From the NCBI GenBank assembly GCA_963727055.1, contig CAVSEN010000003.1, forward strand, positions 210,112 through 274,111: DNA of 64,000 nucleotides. Direction: 5' to 3'. Below, piece after piece: positions 1 through 9,576 of the stretch. The notes beneath the pieces were generated by a model. It was not told where the DNA came from. It did not search any database and worked only from the letters and a program-made list of their open reading frames with translations. This stretch comes from an uncultured Chloroflexia bacterium (GTDB taxonomy: Bacteria; Chloroflexota; Limnocylindria; Limnocylindrales; CSP1-4). Position 1 is the first letter of the stretch, and the number at the start of each line of letters is the position of its first letter. A program made the translations under genes and the position numbers.

Positions 1-1
1 G

Positions 2-238
2 AACCTGACGATGCCGATCATCAACGCGCCCGAGGTCGGCATCCTGACGATGGAGGCGATCACCAAGCGGCCGGTCGTGATCGAGACCGCGGTCGGCGAC
101 GTGCTCGCGATCCGGCCGGTGATGAACATGGTCCTGGGCATCGACCACCGGGCGAACGACGGCGCCGGGGGCGCGGCCCTGCTCCGGGACATCAAGGCCT
201 GGCTCGAGGGCGTCGGTCCCGACACCGCGGTCTACTAG
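2..238 (+). CDS. 2-oxoacid dehydrogenase complex E2 (dihydrolipoamide acyltransferase), C-terminal fragment; 5' end outside the window
   Basis: Track peptide 11..238 carries the E2 catalytic motif LGIDHRANDGAGG (DHRxxDG). The frame stays open back to base 2. lipA lies two genes downstream. Confidence 0.85.
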   Translation, partial: NLTMPIINAPEVGILTMEAITKRPVVIETAVGDVLAIRPVMNMVLGIDHRANDGAGGAALLRDIKAWLEGVGPDTAVY

Positions 239-247
239 GGGCGACCG

Positions 248-1216
248 ATGCGGGTCGCCGTCACCGGCGCCGGCGGGTTCATCGGCGGAGCGGTCGCCCG
301 CGCCCTCCGGGCCCGCGGTGACGAGGTCGTCGCGATCGTCCGGGATCCGGCCCGCGTCGCCGCGCTCCGGTCAATCGGGATCGAGCTCGTCCAGGGCGAC
401 CTCGGACGGGTGGACGAGATCGTCGGCCAGGTCGCCGAAGCCGACGCCCTGGTCCACGTGGCGGGCTCCTACCGAACGGGGATCCTGCCCTCCGAGCGAC
501 CCGCCATGGAGGATGCCAACGTCGGGACCACGACCCGCGTCCTTGATGCGGCGATCGCGGCGCGCCTGCCCCGGATCGTCTACACGTCGACCGTGAACGT
601 CTTCGGCAACACCCACGGCGTGGTCGTCGACGAGTCGTACCAGCGCGACCTCGGGGAGGGCTTCCTGACCTGGTACGACGAGACGAAGTACCGGGCCCAT
701 CTCGTCGCCGAGGAGCGGATCGGCCAGGGGGCGCCGATCGTCATCGCCATGCCCGCCGGGGTCTACGGTCCGGGCGATCACTCCGAGGCCGGCGAGCAGG
801 TTGCCCTGGCTCATGCCGGGCGGCTGCCGTACCTGGCCCTGGCCGACTGCGGAATCGCCTGGGTCCATGTCGACGACGTCGCCCGGGGGATTGTCGAGGT
901 CCTCAGCGGCGGCCGCCTCGGGGAGCAGTACATCCTGAGCGGGGCCGCGCTGCGCCTTCGGGACGCGATCGTGATCGCGGCGCGCCTCGGCGGGCGGCGC
1001 CCGCCGCGCCTGACGATGCCGACGACAGTCCTTCGCGCCCTCGTCCCGATCAACCGGAGATTCGGCGCCGTGCTGGGCATGCCCGCGAACCTCGCCGAGA
1101 CCATCAGTGCGGCGGCCGGGGTGACCTACTGGGCAAGCGCGGCCAAGGCAGAGAGCCAGCTGGGCTTCACCGCCCGGGACCTCGAGACCGGGTTGCGCGC
1201 CACGTTCGGGGCGTAG
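248..1216 (+). CDS. NAD-dependent epimerase/dehydratase family (extended SDR) protein
   Basis: N-terminal Rossmann motif VTGAGGFIGGAV and a YxxxK motif (YDETK). ATG at 248. Confidence 0.8.
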   Translation: MRVAVTGAGGFIGGAVARALRARGDEVVAIVRDPARVAALRSIGIELVQGDLGRVDEIVGQVAEADALVHVAGSYRTGILPSERPAMEDANVGTTTRVLDAAIAARLPRIVYTSTVNVFGNTHGVVVDESYQRDLGEGFLTWYDETKYRAHLVAEERIGQGAPIVIAMPAGVYGPGDHSEAGEQVALAHAGRLPYLALADCGIAWVHVDDVARGIVEVLSGGRLGEQYILSGAALRLRDAIVIAARLGGRRPPRLTMPTTVLRALVPINRRFGAVLGMPANLAETISAAAGVTYWASAAKAESQLGFTARDLETGLRATFGA

Positions 1217-1231
1217 GCCTACACTCCGGCC

Positions 1232-2320
1232 ATGGGACGCGAGCTGCCGATCTTCGAGCCTGCGGGCGCCGCCGCCCACCATGCCGGCGCGGCGGGCCTG
1301 TCGATCGCGCTCGGCGGCGGGCCGCAGCCCGGCCAGCCAGCCGCCGGCCCAGATGGCTCGCTCGCCCTCCGCCGCCATCCGGACTGGATCAAGGCCCGGA
1401 TCCCGTCGGGCGAGAACTACCACGACCTGAAGTCGCTCCTCCGCGGCCTGACCCTCAACACGGTCTGCGAGGAGGCCCACTGCCCGAACATCGGCGAGTG
1501 CTGGGACCAGCGCACGGCGACGATCATGATCCTGGGCGACACCTGCACCCGGGCCTGCGGCTTCTGCGCGGTCAAGACCGGCCGGCCGACCTGGTTCGAC
1601 GACGACGAGCCGCGGCGCGTCGCGGAGGCCCTCGCGGCGCTCGACCTCGAGCACGTCGTGATCACCAGCGTCGCCCGCGACGACCTGCCCGACGGTGGTG
1701 CAGGAATCTTCGCCGAGACGATCCGCCAGGTCCGCGCTCGCTCGGCCGGGATGGGCATCGAGGTCCTGATCCCCGACTTCAACGGCACCGACGCGCCGCT
1801 CCGGACCGTGATGGACGCCCGGCCCGACATCCTCAACCACAACATCGAGACCGTCGAGCGCCTCCAGAAGCCGGTCCGCAAGCGGGCCCGCTACGATCGC
1901 AGCCTGTCGGTCCTCGAACGGGCCAAGGCGTTCGCCCTGGCCGACGGCTGGACCGTCCACACGAAGTCGAGCGTGATGGTCGGCCTGGGCGAGACCCGGC
2001 CCGAGCTGAGCCAGGCCTTCCGCGACCTGCGGGCCGTCGACTGCGACATCCTCACGATCGGCCAGTACCTGCGCCCATCGCTCGAGCACCTCGAGCTCGT
2101 CCGCTACTACCACCCCGACGAGTTCGCCGAGATGAAGGCCGAGGCCCTCGAGCTCGGCTTCCGCCACGTCGAATCGGGACCGCTCGTCCGTTCGAGCTAC
2201 CACGCCCGCGACCAGGTCCCCGGGGCCGAGCTGCGCCGCCTGCGTCGGGCGGCGACGGTCGACGCCGAGGGCCGGGTGGTCCCCGGAGCGCTCGCGCAGC
2301 CGCAGGCTCTCGCCGGCTGA
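1232..2320 (+). CDS. lipA: lipoyl synthase
   Basis: CPNIGECW auxiliary-cluster motif and radical-SAM CTRACGFCAV motif. The N-terminal roughly 45 aa may be an over-extension. Confidence 0.92.
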   Translation: MGRELPIFEPAGAAAHHAGAAGLSIALGGGPQPGQPAAGPDGSLALRRHPDWIKARIPSGENYHDLKSLLRGLTLNTVCEEAHCPNIGECWDQRTATIMILGDTCTRACGFCAVKTGRPTWFDDDEPRRVAEALAALDLEHVVITSVARDDLPDGGAGIFAETIRQVRARSAGMGIEVLIPDFNGTDAPLRTVMDARPDILNHNIETVERLQKPVRKRARYDRSLSVLERAKAFALADGWTVHTKSSVMVGLGETRPELSQAFRDLRAVDCDILTIGQYLRPSLEHLELVRYYHPDEFAEMKAEALELGFRHVESGPLVRSSYHARDQVPGAELRRLRRAATVDAEGRVVPGALAQPQALAG

Positions 2321-2352
2321 ACCGGTCGGTCCGGTCCGACGAACAAATCGAC

Positions 2353-3127
2353 GTGCCCGACCCAGCCCGACCCGAGCCAGAGCCGCGAGCCGCCGTCGCC
2401 TTCGAGCCGACCGCCGTCGGCCGGCGTCGCCGCCGGCTCGACCCGGGCCTGCTGATCGTGGGCCTGGCCGTGATCCTGGTCGTGGCCGCCGTCGCCCGGC
2501 CCTGGGCGGGCGGCGTGCCGGCCGTCTCTCCGCGCCCCACCGCCGGTTCAGCCGGCCTGCTCGGCGGGCGGACCCCCAGTCCGCCACCGTCGGCCACCCC
2601 CCGAGTCCCAACGCCGTCGCCAACCGTGCCGACGCCCGACCCCACCAGGCTCGAGAGCCTGATCCAGGAGCTGACGGTCTACCGCGGGCAGTGGGGAATC
2701 GGGGCGGCCGCCGCTCCGTATTCCGTCATCCGGCCGCCGGTCGACTGGATCGCCTGGGTCAAGGTCGATCCCGTCTCGATCGCCGACATGCCCAGCGCCT
2801 CGCCCGACCTGCTGCGGGGCCTGGCCTCGATCGAGCCCTGCAGGGGCCTGCCCGCGCTGCCGTCGGGGGCCCAGCTGATCGCGATCACCGTCCCCGGCAC
2901 ATCCGCTGGGCACGATCGGCATCCGCGGCTGGCGGATGGTCGGTGGCGGCGTAGACCCGCCCGACGTGCAGGAGGTCTCCGAGCAGTGGGACGCCACGTT
3001 CTGGGGGACCGGCGACGTCATCTACCTCGAGCGCCACGATGGCCAGCCCTGGGCGGACGGCCGCTACGAGTTCCTGATCGCGGGCAGCACAGGCACGACC
3101 CTCACGGTCTGCCTCGGCCCGGCCTGA
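2353..3127 (+). pseudogene. hypothetical membrane-anchored Pro-rich protein; reading frame switches near 2900 (frameshift or indel error)
   Basis: GTG at 2353, then a TM segment (LLIVGLAVILVVAAV) and a Pro-rich linker in the frame of ORF 1498..3141. The protein-like text then continues in the frame of ORF 2936..3127 (PLGTIGIRGW...GRYEFLIAGSTGTTLTVCLGPA). Confidence 0.45.
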
Positions 3128-3182
3128 CGGGCCAGGCCTGACGGATCGCGGCCGCGGGCGAGTCGGCTGGTATCCTCAGCGC

Positions 3183-4235
3183 ATGGCGACGATCTCCCGC
3201 AAGACGGCCCTGGCCGAGCTCCACTGCCACCTCGGCGGCGCCGTGACCCCCTCGATCATGTGGGGGATTGCCCAGGCCCAGGGGATCAAGCTCCCGACCA
3301 AGGACTACTGGGAATTCCGGGACATGATCACCGTGTCCAACAAGCGCAGCCGGAGCTTCGACGGCTACCTCCAGCTGTTCCACTGGACCGAGCTGATCCA
3401 GTCCTCGCCGCTGGCCGTCGAGCGCTCGGTCTACGAGGTCGTCGGCGGCGCGTACCGCAAGAACAACATCACGACGACCGAGCTGCGCTTCAACCCGATG
3501 AAGCGCAACCGGGGCGGCGAGCAGGACCTCGACCACATCATCGCCGCAGCGGTGCGCGGGATGGACCGGGCGTCGCTCGAGTACCCGGTCAAGCCGGGCC
3601 TGATCTTCTGCCTCGACCGTGCCTTCCCCTACGAGCTCAACGAGATCCTCGTCGAGAAGGCGATCGCCTGGCACGACCGGGGCGTCGTGGGGGTCGACAT
3701 CGCCGGCCCCGAGAGCGCCACGTTCCGGGTCGCCGACTACCGCCGACTGTTCCGGCGGGCCCGCCAGTTCGGCCTCGGGATCACCGTCCATACCGGCGAA
3801 TCCGGGCCGATCGAAGAGGTTGCCCGGGTCGTCGAGCTGCTCGAGCCGGACCGGATCGGCCACGGCGTGAAGGCGGCCTACGACCCGCGCACGATGGAGA
3901 TGATCCGGGACCGGGGGATCGTCCTCGAGATCTGCCCGACCTCGAACCTCAACACCGGGGTCGTCTCGAGCTGGGAGGAGTTCCGCTGGATCTTCGACCA
4001 GTTCCGGCGCAACGAGGTCCGCTTCACGATCAACACCGACGGCCCGGAGATGCTCAAGACGTACATCCGGGACGAGCTCCACACGCTCGGCCGGCTGGGA
4101 ATCCTGTCGACCGACGACCAGCGCGTTGCGATCGACACCGCCCTTGCCTCGTCGTTCGTGCCCAACGTCACCGACGTGATCCCGTCCGTGCTCGAGCCGG
4201 CACGCCGGGTCGAGGTGGAGCGCGAAGAGGCCTGA
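3183..4235 (+). CDS. add: adenosine deaminase
   Basis: ELHCHLGGA, HTGE, RIGHG and TINTDGP metal/catalytic motifs of the adenosine/AMP deaminase family. Confidence 0.88.
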   Translation: MATISRKTALAELHCHLGGAVTPSIMWGIAQAQGIKLPTKDYWEFRDMITVSNKRSRSFDGYLQLFHWTELIQSSPLAVERSVYEVVGGAYRKNNITTTELRFNPMKRNRGGEQDLDHIIAAAVRGMDRASLEYPVKPGLIFCLDRAFPYELNEILVEKAIAWHDRGVVGVDIAGPESATFRVADYRRLFRRARQFGLGITVHTGESGPIEEVARVVELLEPDRIGHGVKAAYDPRTMEMIRDRGIVLEICPTSNLNTGVVSSWEEFRWIFDQFRRNEVRFTINTDGPEMLKTYIRDELHTLGRLGILSTDDQRVAIDTALASSFVPNVTDVIPSVLEPARRVEVEREEA

Positions 4236-4327
4236 CCTCGGCCCCGCCCGGGCCTCGTCGCCGAGGCCGCCGTGGTCCCGACGCCCCGTCCGTCGGGTCC
4301 CAGTCCCCGGAGCGTTCGATCCGAACT

Positions 4328-4497
4328 TCGTAGGAATGTCGCCCGGGGCGGAATTGCGGGCGAGATTCGGGCCGAACGCCGGGCGACGAGGTTCCGGACG
4401 CGCCCGGCCGTGCTCGCCCACGCACGAATCTGGCGCTTGGGGCGTGCCCGACTTTCCCGACTTGCCCGCAACGCCGCTCCCGGCGACATTTCGACGA
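4328..4497. repeat. inverted-repeat-bounded intergenic element, a degenerate relative of the 190-bp family
   Basis: TCGTAGGAATGTCGCCCGGG (4328..4347) faces CCCGGCGACATTTCGACGA (4479..4497). The interior has GGCGAGATTCGGGCCGAAC and CGCACGAATC motifs shared with other spacers. Confidence 0.5.
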
Positions 4498-4575
4498 ACC
4501 CGGGCGGCCATAACCGCGGGCATCGCCGTCGGCCGCCGCCGCACGCAGCCCGGGATGGCGAAGAGGCCTGGCGAC

Positions 4576-5301
4576 TCAGTCGGGTCGGGCGGCGATCCGG
4601 TACGTGCAGCAGCGGTCGCCGGCCAGGATGTGGCTCTCGCGGACGACGTCGGTGCCCAGCACGTCGGCGAACAGTGACAGCTCCGCGGCACAGGCGGCCG
4701 GGTCGCTCGAGGCGACCTCGTAGATCGCGCAGTTGTGCTCGCGCAGGGTAATCGTGCCGTCGGCCGACAGCTCGATCCCGCACAGGTAGCCCTGCTCGTC
4801 CTGGACCACTGCCAGCTCGCGGACGCGCTCGATGAACGGGGTCCGGCCCCCGGTGCTGCCGTCCAGCCGGCGCTGGATCCGCTCGGCCGTCTGGTGGCGG
4901 CGGGTCTCGAAGACGCGCTCGACGAGCTCGCGCCCACCGATCGAGTCGATCGCCGCGATCAGGCTCGCGGCGAGGCCGTCGTAGTTCGTGGGGAAGAGCG
5001 ACTGGGCGCTGGGCGTGACGTCGTACAGGTGGCGCGGCCGGCCGACGCCGTGGCGCTCCGTCCGGCGCGAGACGAGGCCGTCGATCTCGAGGACCCGGAG
5101 CTGCTGGAGGACGCCGGTGCGGCTCGCCCCGAGGCGGGTCGCGAGCTGGTCGGGCGAGCTCGGGCCGGCCGTTCGGAGGGCCACGACCAGCTCCCGCCGC
5201 AGCGACGGGGCGTGGGCCAGGTGGCCGTTGGCCGGCTCGGCGGCGTGATCGCCCGTCGAGCTCGGGTCCTGCGACTGCGGTGATGCGGCTGGGCCAACCA
5301 T
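4576..5301 (-). CDS. winged-helix (ArsR/MarR-like) transcriptional regulator with a Cys-containing C-terminal domain
   Basis: ATG at 5301 (MVGPAAS...). wHTH segment SPDQLATRLGASRTGVLQQLRVLEIDGLV. The longer 362-aa ORF upstream is Arg/Asp-rich antisense-like text. Divergent from an acyl-CoA dehydrogenase. Confidence 0.7.
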   Translation of the reverse strand: MVGPAASPQSQDPSSTGDHAAEPANGHLAHAPSLRRELVVALRTAGPSSPDQLATRLGASRTGVLQQLRVLEIDGLVSRRTERHGVGRPRHLYDVTPSAQSLFPTNYDGLAASLIAAIDSIGGRELVERVFETRRHQTAERIQRRLDGSTGGRTPFIERVRELAVVQDEQGYLCGIELSADGTITLREHNCAIYEVASSDPAACAAELSLFADVLGTDVVRESHILAGDRCCTYRIAARPD

Positions 5302-5367
5302 CGCGCTGAGGCTAGCAGAGGCCCGCTCGCGGCGCTGGCGGCGTTCCACCGGTGTACCCTCCCGGCT

Positions 5368-6554
5368 GTGGACCTTGACCTCGGCCCCGAGCACCTCCTC
5401 CTGCGCGACACGATCCGCGACTTCATGCGGGCCGAGGTCGAGCCGGCGATCGATGAGCACGAGCGGGCGCGGCGCTTCCCCCGGCCGATCGTCGAGCGGC
5501 TCGGCGCCCTGGGCTGGCTCGGCATCCCGTTCCCGGAGGATGAGGGCGGGGCCGGCCTCGACACGCTCGCCTACGCCATCGCGATCGAGGAGATCGGCCG
5601 GGTGTGGGGCTCGCTGGGGCTGATCGTCGCCGCCCACACCAGCCTCGGTTGCGGGCCGCTCCACCTGTCCGGATCGGCCGACCAGAAGCAGCGCTTCCTG
5701 GTGCCGATGGCCGAGGGCCGGGTGATCGGTGCCTACGGCCTGACCGAGCCGGCGGCCGGCTCGGATTCGGGCGGGACGCGGACGACGGCCCGGTTCGAGG
5801 ACGGGGCCGACGGCGGCAGCTGGGTCATCGACGGCGGCAAGCGCTTCATCACCAACGCCGGCCAGGCCGGAACCTACATCGTCACGGCCCGGACCGGCTC
5901 CGGGCGCGCAAGGACGGCGCCGAGGGCGACGGGGGCGCCGAGATCAGCGCGTTCATCGTGCCGGCCGACACGCCCGGCTTCACGATCGGACGGCTGGAGG
6001 ACAAGATGGGCCTCCATGCCTCGGCCACCGGCGAGCTGATCTTCGATGGCGCCCGGGTGCCCGCGGCGAACCTGCTCGGTGCGCGGGGCGAGGGCTTCCG
6101 GATCGTCCTGCGGACCCTCGACGGCGGCCGGATCTGCATCGGCGCGCTGGCTGTCGGGCTGGCCCAGGCCGCCCTCGACGCCGCGATCCCGTACGCGCAG
6201 ACCCGCCAGCAGTTCGGCCGGCCGATCGGCTCGTTCCAGGGCGTGGCGTTCATGATCGCCGACATGGCGACCGAGATCGAGGCCGCCCGGCAGCTCGTCT
6301 GGCGGGCGGCCTGGCTCAAGGACCAGGGCCGGGAGTACGGCCTGGCCGCCGCCCAGGCCAAGCTCTTCGCGTCCGAGGTCAGTGCCCGGGCGACGAACGC
6401 GGCGATCCAGGTCCACGGCGGCTACGGCTACATCGAGGAATACAAGGTCGAGCGCTTCCTGCGCGACGCGAAGCTGACCGAGATCGGGGAGGGGACCAGC
6501 CAGATCCAGCGCCTGGTCATCGCCCGCCGGATCCTCGACCTGCGGGTGGTCTGA
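5368..6554 (+). pseudogene. acyl-CoA dehydrogenase, reading frame broken near 5895-5915
   Basis: N-terminal half is in ORF 5368..6039, good up to ...GQAGTYIVTARTG. C-terminal half is in ORF 5604..6554, from ...AEISAFIVPADTPGFTIG to EGTSQIQRLVIAR. A single frame change links them. Confidence 0.85.
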
Positions 6555-6556
6555 GC

Positions 6557-7036
6557 CTAGGGATTGCCGCCGCCACCCCCGTCGCTGCCGTTGCCGCCGT
6601 CCCCGGCAGCCGCCGTCAGGACCTCGCGCAGCTTCGCCCGGAACTGGTCGGCCCACGGTCCCTGGCCGGCCAGGACGTAGGGCGACGGATCGATCGACTC
6701 GTACGTGGCCGGATCGGTGACGAAGCTCTGGGCGCAGGCCGAGACCGTGCTCGACAGGCGACTCCAGGTGGGCGCGTCGGCGAAGATGTAGATGTGGATC
6801 CGGACCGGCGCGGCCTGGTCGAGGCCTGAGGCTGTGAAGCCGATCGCGGTCGAGACGAGGTGGGCATCCTTGCAGCCGGCATCGCCCGAGACCTGGTCGG
6901 TCACCGTGATCCCGGCCGCCGACAGTTCGGAGACGATCGACGGGAAGTTGGCCGGACTGGGTGCCGGCAGGTCCGCGACCCGGGTGCCACAACCGGCCAG
7001 GAGCAGGGCGAGCACGCCGACGATGATCCGGGACAT
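6557..7036 (-). CDS. hypothetical lipoprotein
   Basis: Signal peptide with lipobox (VLALLLAGC). Gly-rich C-terminal tail. Confidence 0.65.
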   Translation of the reverse strand: MSRIIVGVLALLLAGCGTRVADLPAPSPANFPSIVSELSAAGITVTDQVSGDAGCKDAHLVSTAIGFTASGLDQAAPVRIHIYIFADAPTWSRLSSTVSACAQSFVTDPATYESIDPSPYVLAGQGPWADQFRAKLREVLTAAAGDGGNGSDGGGGGNP

Positions 7037-7165
7037 CGGCCCGAGGCTACCACCGGACCGGCTCGCTCGCGTCCGCCGCCCGGCGTGTCGTAGGATTGCG
7101 CAGCCCAGGCGCCAGGGATACGGGTCGACCGTTGAGCCCGATTGCCGCGCCCCGTCGAGGAACCC

Positions 7166-8482
7166 GTGCCCGAAGTCCGACCCTTTCGCGCCCTACGCTA
7201 TGAGTCGGAGGTGGTCGGCGACCTCGCCGCGGTGGTCAGCCCACCCTACGACGTGATCAGCCCGACCGAGGCGGCGGCCCTGCTCGCCCGCCATCCGAAG
7301 AACGTCGTCCGGCTCGACCTGCCGATCGGCGAGCAAGGCGACGGTCCCGACGACCGCTACCGCCGGGCGGCCCGGACCTTCGCGGCCTGGCGCTCGGACG
7401 GCACGTTCCACAAGGATCCCCGCCCCTCGCTGTACGTCTACGAGCAGGCCTACCGGGTGCCCGGCACGAGCGTCGAGCGCGTCCAGCGGGGCTTCTTCGG
7501 GCGGCTCCGGCTCGAGCCGCTCGAGCCCGGCTCGGGCGTCCTGGCCCACGAGCGGACGATGTCCGCCCCGCGCGAGGATCGCTACAAGCTGCTCCGGGCG
7601 ACGGGCGTCAACACCAGCCCGGTCGTCGGCCTGTACGCCGATCCGTCCGGGGCGACGAAGGGCATCCTGGATGCGACGACCCGCGGCCGGCCGATCGCCG
7701 ACATCACCGACGGCGACGGTGTCCGCCACCGGATGTGGGCGCTCGTGGCCGAGGGGCCGGAGGCGGCCCAGGTCGAGGCCCTCGTCGCCGGTGTCGGCGC
7801 CGGGCCGATCACGATCGCCGACGGCCATCACCGCTACGAGACAGCCCTGCGCTACCGCGACGAGCGGCGGATGAGCCGTTCGTGCGAGGAGGATCCGGCC
7901 TTCGATTACATCCTGATGCTCTTCCTCGACGCCGGCGGGCCGCTCACGATCCTGGCCACCCATCGGGTCGTCGGCGGCCTGGGCGAGGACGGCCTGGCCC
8001 GACTGCAGGCAAGCCTGCCGACCCTGTTCGACGTCCAGCCGGCTGAACGGGCCGAGCTCGACGCCGCCTTCGGGACGGCCAATTCCGGCGCCGGTGGCCG
8101 CGGCCGCTTCGGGCTCTGGACCCGGGCCGGCGGGTCGATCCTGACCGCCCGGCGGTCGGCCTTCGAGGGGCTCCTGCCGGCCGGCGGCAGTGGCCTGCGC
8201 GGGCTCGACGTGACCCTCCTCCAGGTCGCCCTCGAACGCTTCGCCGGGATCGATCAGGCGGCCCTGGCCGCCGGCCGGGTCACGTACACGAAGTCGGCCG
8301 ACGAGGCGATCCACTGGGTCGACGAGGCGCTGAACGGGGCGGACCTCGCCGTCCTGCTCGAGCCGACGCCGGTCGGCTCGATCGTCGAGGTTGCCCGCGA
8401 GGGCGACGTGATGCCCCAGAAGTCGACCTACTTCTACCCGAAGCCGCTGACCGGCCTCGTCCTCAACCCCCACGAGTGGTGA
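7166..8482 (+). CDS. DUF1015 family protein
   Basis: N-terminal VRPFRALRY and overall length are typical of DUF1015. GTG at 7166 is preceded by GAGGA. The track ORF starts at TTG 7142. Confidence 0.75.
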   Translation: MPEVRPFRALRYESEVVGDLAAVVSPPYDVISPTEAAALLARHPKNVVRLDLPIGEQGDGPDDRYRRAARTFAAWRSDGTFHKDPRPSLYVYEQAYRVPGTSVERVQRGFFGRLRLEPLEPGSGVLAHERTMSAPREDRYKLLRATGVNTSPVVGLYADPSGATKGILDATTRGRPIADITDGDGVRHRMWALVAEGPEAAQVEALVAGVGAGPITIADGHHRYETALRYRDERRMSRSCEEDPAFDYILMLFLDAGGPLTILATHRVVGGLGEDGLARLQASLPTLFDVQPAERAELDAAFGTANSGAGGRGRFGLWTRAGGSILTARRSAFEGLLPAGGSGLRGLDVTLLQVALERFAGIDQAALAAGRVTYTKSADEAIHWVDEALNGADLAVLLEPTPVGSIVEVAREGDVMPQKSTYFYPKPLTGLVLNPHEW

Positions 8483-9357
8483 CGCCGATGACCGACACGA
8501 ACCCGGGCGTCCGGCCGATGCCCGCCAACGTCCCGACCCGACCCGTGCGCAAGGACGAGATCGAGCTGAGCGAACGCGGGATCTACATCGAATCGTGGCT
8601 GCCCGAGCGGCGCTCGCGCCGCCGGCCGCTGCTGTTCATCCATGGCGAGCTGGCCGGCTCGTGGGTCTGGGAGCACCAGCTCCAGTACTTCGCGGCGCGC
8701 GGCTGGGAAGGCCACGCGCTCAACCTGCGCAACCACTTCTGGTCGCAGACGGCCGACCCGACGACGCTGTCGTTCGACACGTACACCGAGGACGTGCTCG
8801 AGGCGATCGAGCGGTTCGGGCCGTCGGTCGTCCTGGTCGGCCACGGGATGGGCGGCCTGCTCGCCCTCAAGGCGATCGAGCGCCGACCGGTCGGCGGCCT
8901 GATCCTGCTGTCGTCCGAGCTGCCAAAGGAGCTCCGGCCGCCGGCCCACGCCCACGAGCTGCGCGAGATCCCCGAGGTCTACGGCCGCGACCTGCTCGGC
9001 TGGGAGACGCTGCCCGAGCGGCTCCAGCGCGACCACCGCGACCTGGCGCTGGCCGACATCCTGCGAATCCAGCACCTCCTCGGCCAGAAGCCGCACGAGG
9101 CCGGTGCGGCCCGCCGGCAGATGATCGCCGGCGTCCCGATCGAGCGCGCCCGGCTGGCCGGCATCCCGATCCTGGTCGTGGGGGCAGGCCTCGATCGCTA
9201 CGTCCCGGAGGCGTCGAGCGAGCGCCTCGCCGAGTGGCTGTCGGCCGACTACGAGCCGTTCGGGGCGCACTCCCACTTCGGCCTCGTCCTGGGCGAGGCG
9301 AGCCATCTCCAGGTAGCCGAGACGATGCGCGCGTTCCTCGAGGCGAACCACCTCTAG
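8476..9357 (+). CDS. alpha/beta-hydrolase fold protein with Gly in place of the nucleophile Ser
   Basis: Alpha/beta-fold pattern with nucleophile elbow VGHGMGG (canonical form is GHSMGG). Its start overlaps the DUF1015 stop. Confidence 0.7.
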   Translation: MVTPMTDTNPGVRPMPANVPTRPVRKDEIELSERGIYIESWLPERRSRRRPLLFIHGELAGSWVWEHQLQYFAARGWEGHALNLRNHFWSQTADPTTLSFDTYTEDVLEAIERFGPSVVLVGHGMGGLLALKAIERRPVGGLILLSSELPKELRPPAHAHELREIPEVYGRDLLGWETLPERLQRDHRDLALADILRIQHLLGQKPHEAGAARRQMIAGVPIERARLAGIPILVVGAGLDRYVPEASSERLAEWLSADYEPFGAHSHFGLVLGEASHLQVAETMRAFLEANHL

Positions 9358-9410
9358 GCGTCGCTGGTATCATTCCGGCCGGTCCGGCGTTCGCCGCCAT
9401 CGGCCGACCT

Positions 9411-9487
9411 GCCGCATTCGTCTAGAGGCCCAGGACACCGCCCTCTCAAGGCGGAGATCACCGGTTCGAATCCGGTATGCGGTACCA
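9411..9487 (+). tRNA. tRNA-Glu (anticodon CUC), CCA encoded
   Basis: GCCGCATTCGTCTAGAGGCCCAGGACACCGCCCTCTCAAGGCGGAGATCACCGGTTCGAATCCGGTATGCGGTACCA. Near-identical D-arm and anticodon stem to the E. coli tRNA-Glu as I recall it. Anticodon loop is CTCTCAA. Confidence 0.93.
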
Positions 9488-9576
9488 GCGCCTCGATGGC
9501 CAGAGCCCGACGTCTTCGCTGTGGAAGCGCTCGCCGTGCAGGTGCTCGCCGTGGAAATCTTCGCCGAGGGAGTTCC

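Noticed and set aside
371-2623. 750-aa minus-strand ORF spanning the epimerase and lipA genes. Similar long ORFs occur opposite or out of frame with real genes, for example 3102..4937, 14942..16834, 19994..21583, 21216..22904, 47138..49147 and 9370..10728.
   Set aside because: These are Arg/Pro/Gly/Ala/Asp-rich, low-complexity translations with no recognisable motifs. They overlap genes that carry clear catalytic motifs. Such stop-free shadow frames are typical of high-GC DNA.
9496-9576. The longer start for the DUF1611 gene given in the ORF track.
   Set aside because: It would begin 9 nt after the tRNA-Glu CCA end and adds an Arg-rich extension. GTG at 9577 has a GAGGGAG ribosome-binding site and matches the family N-terminus.
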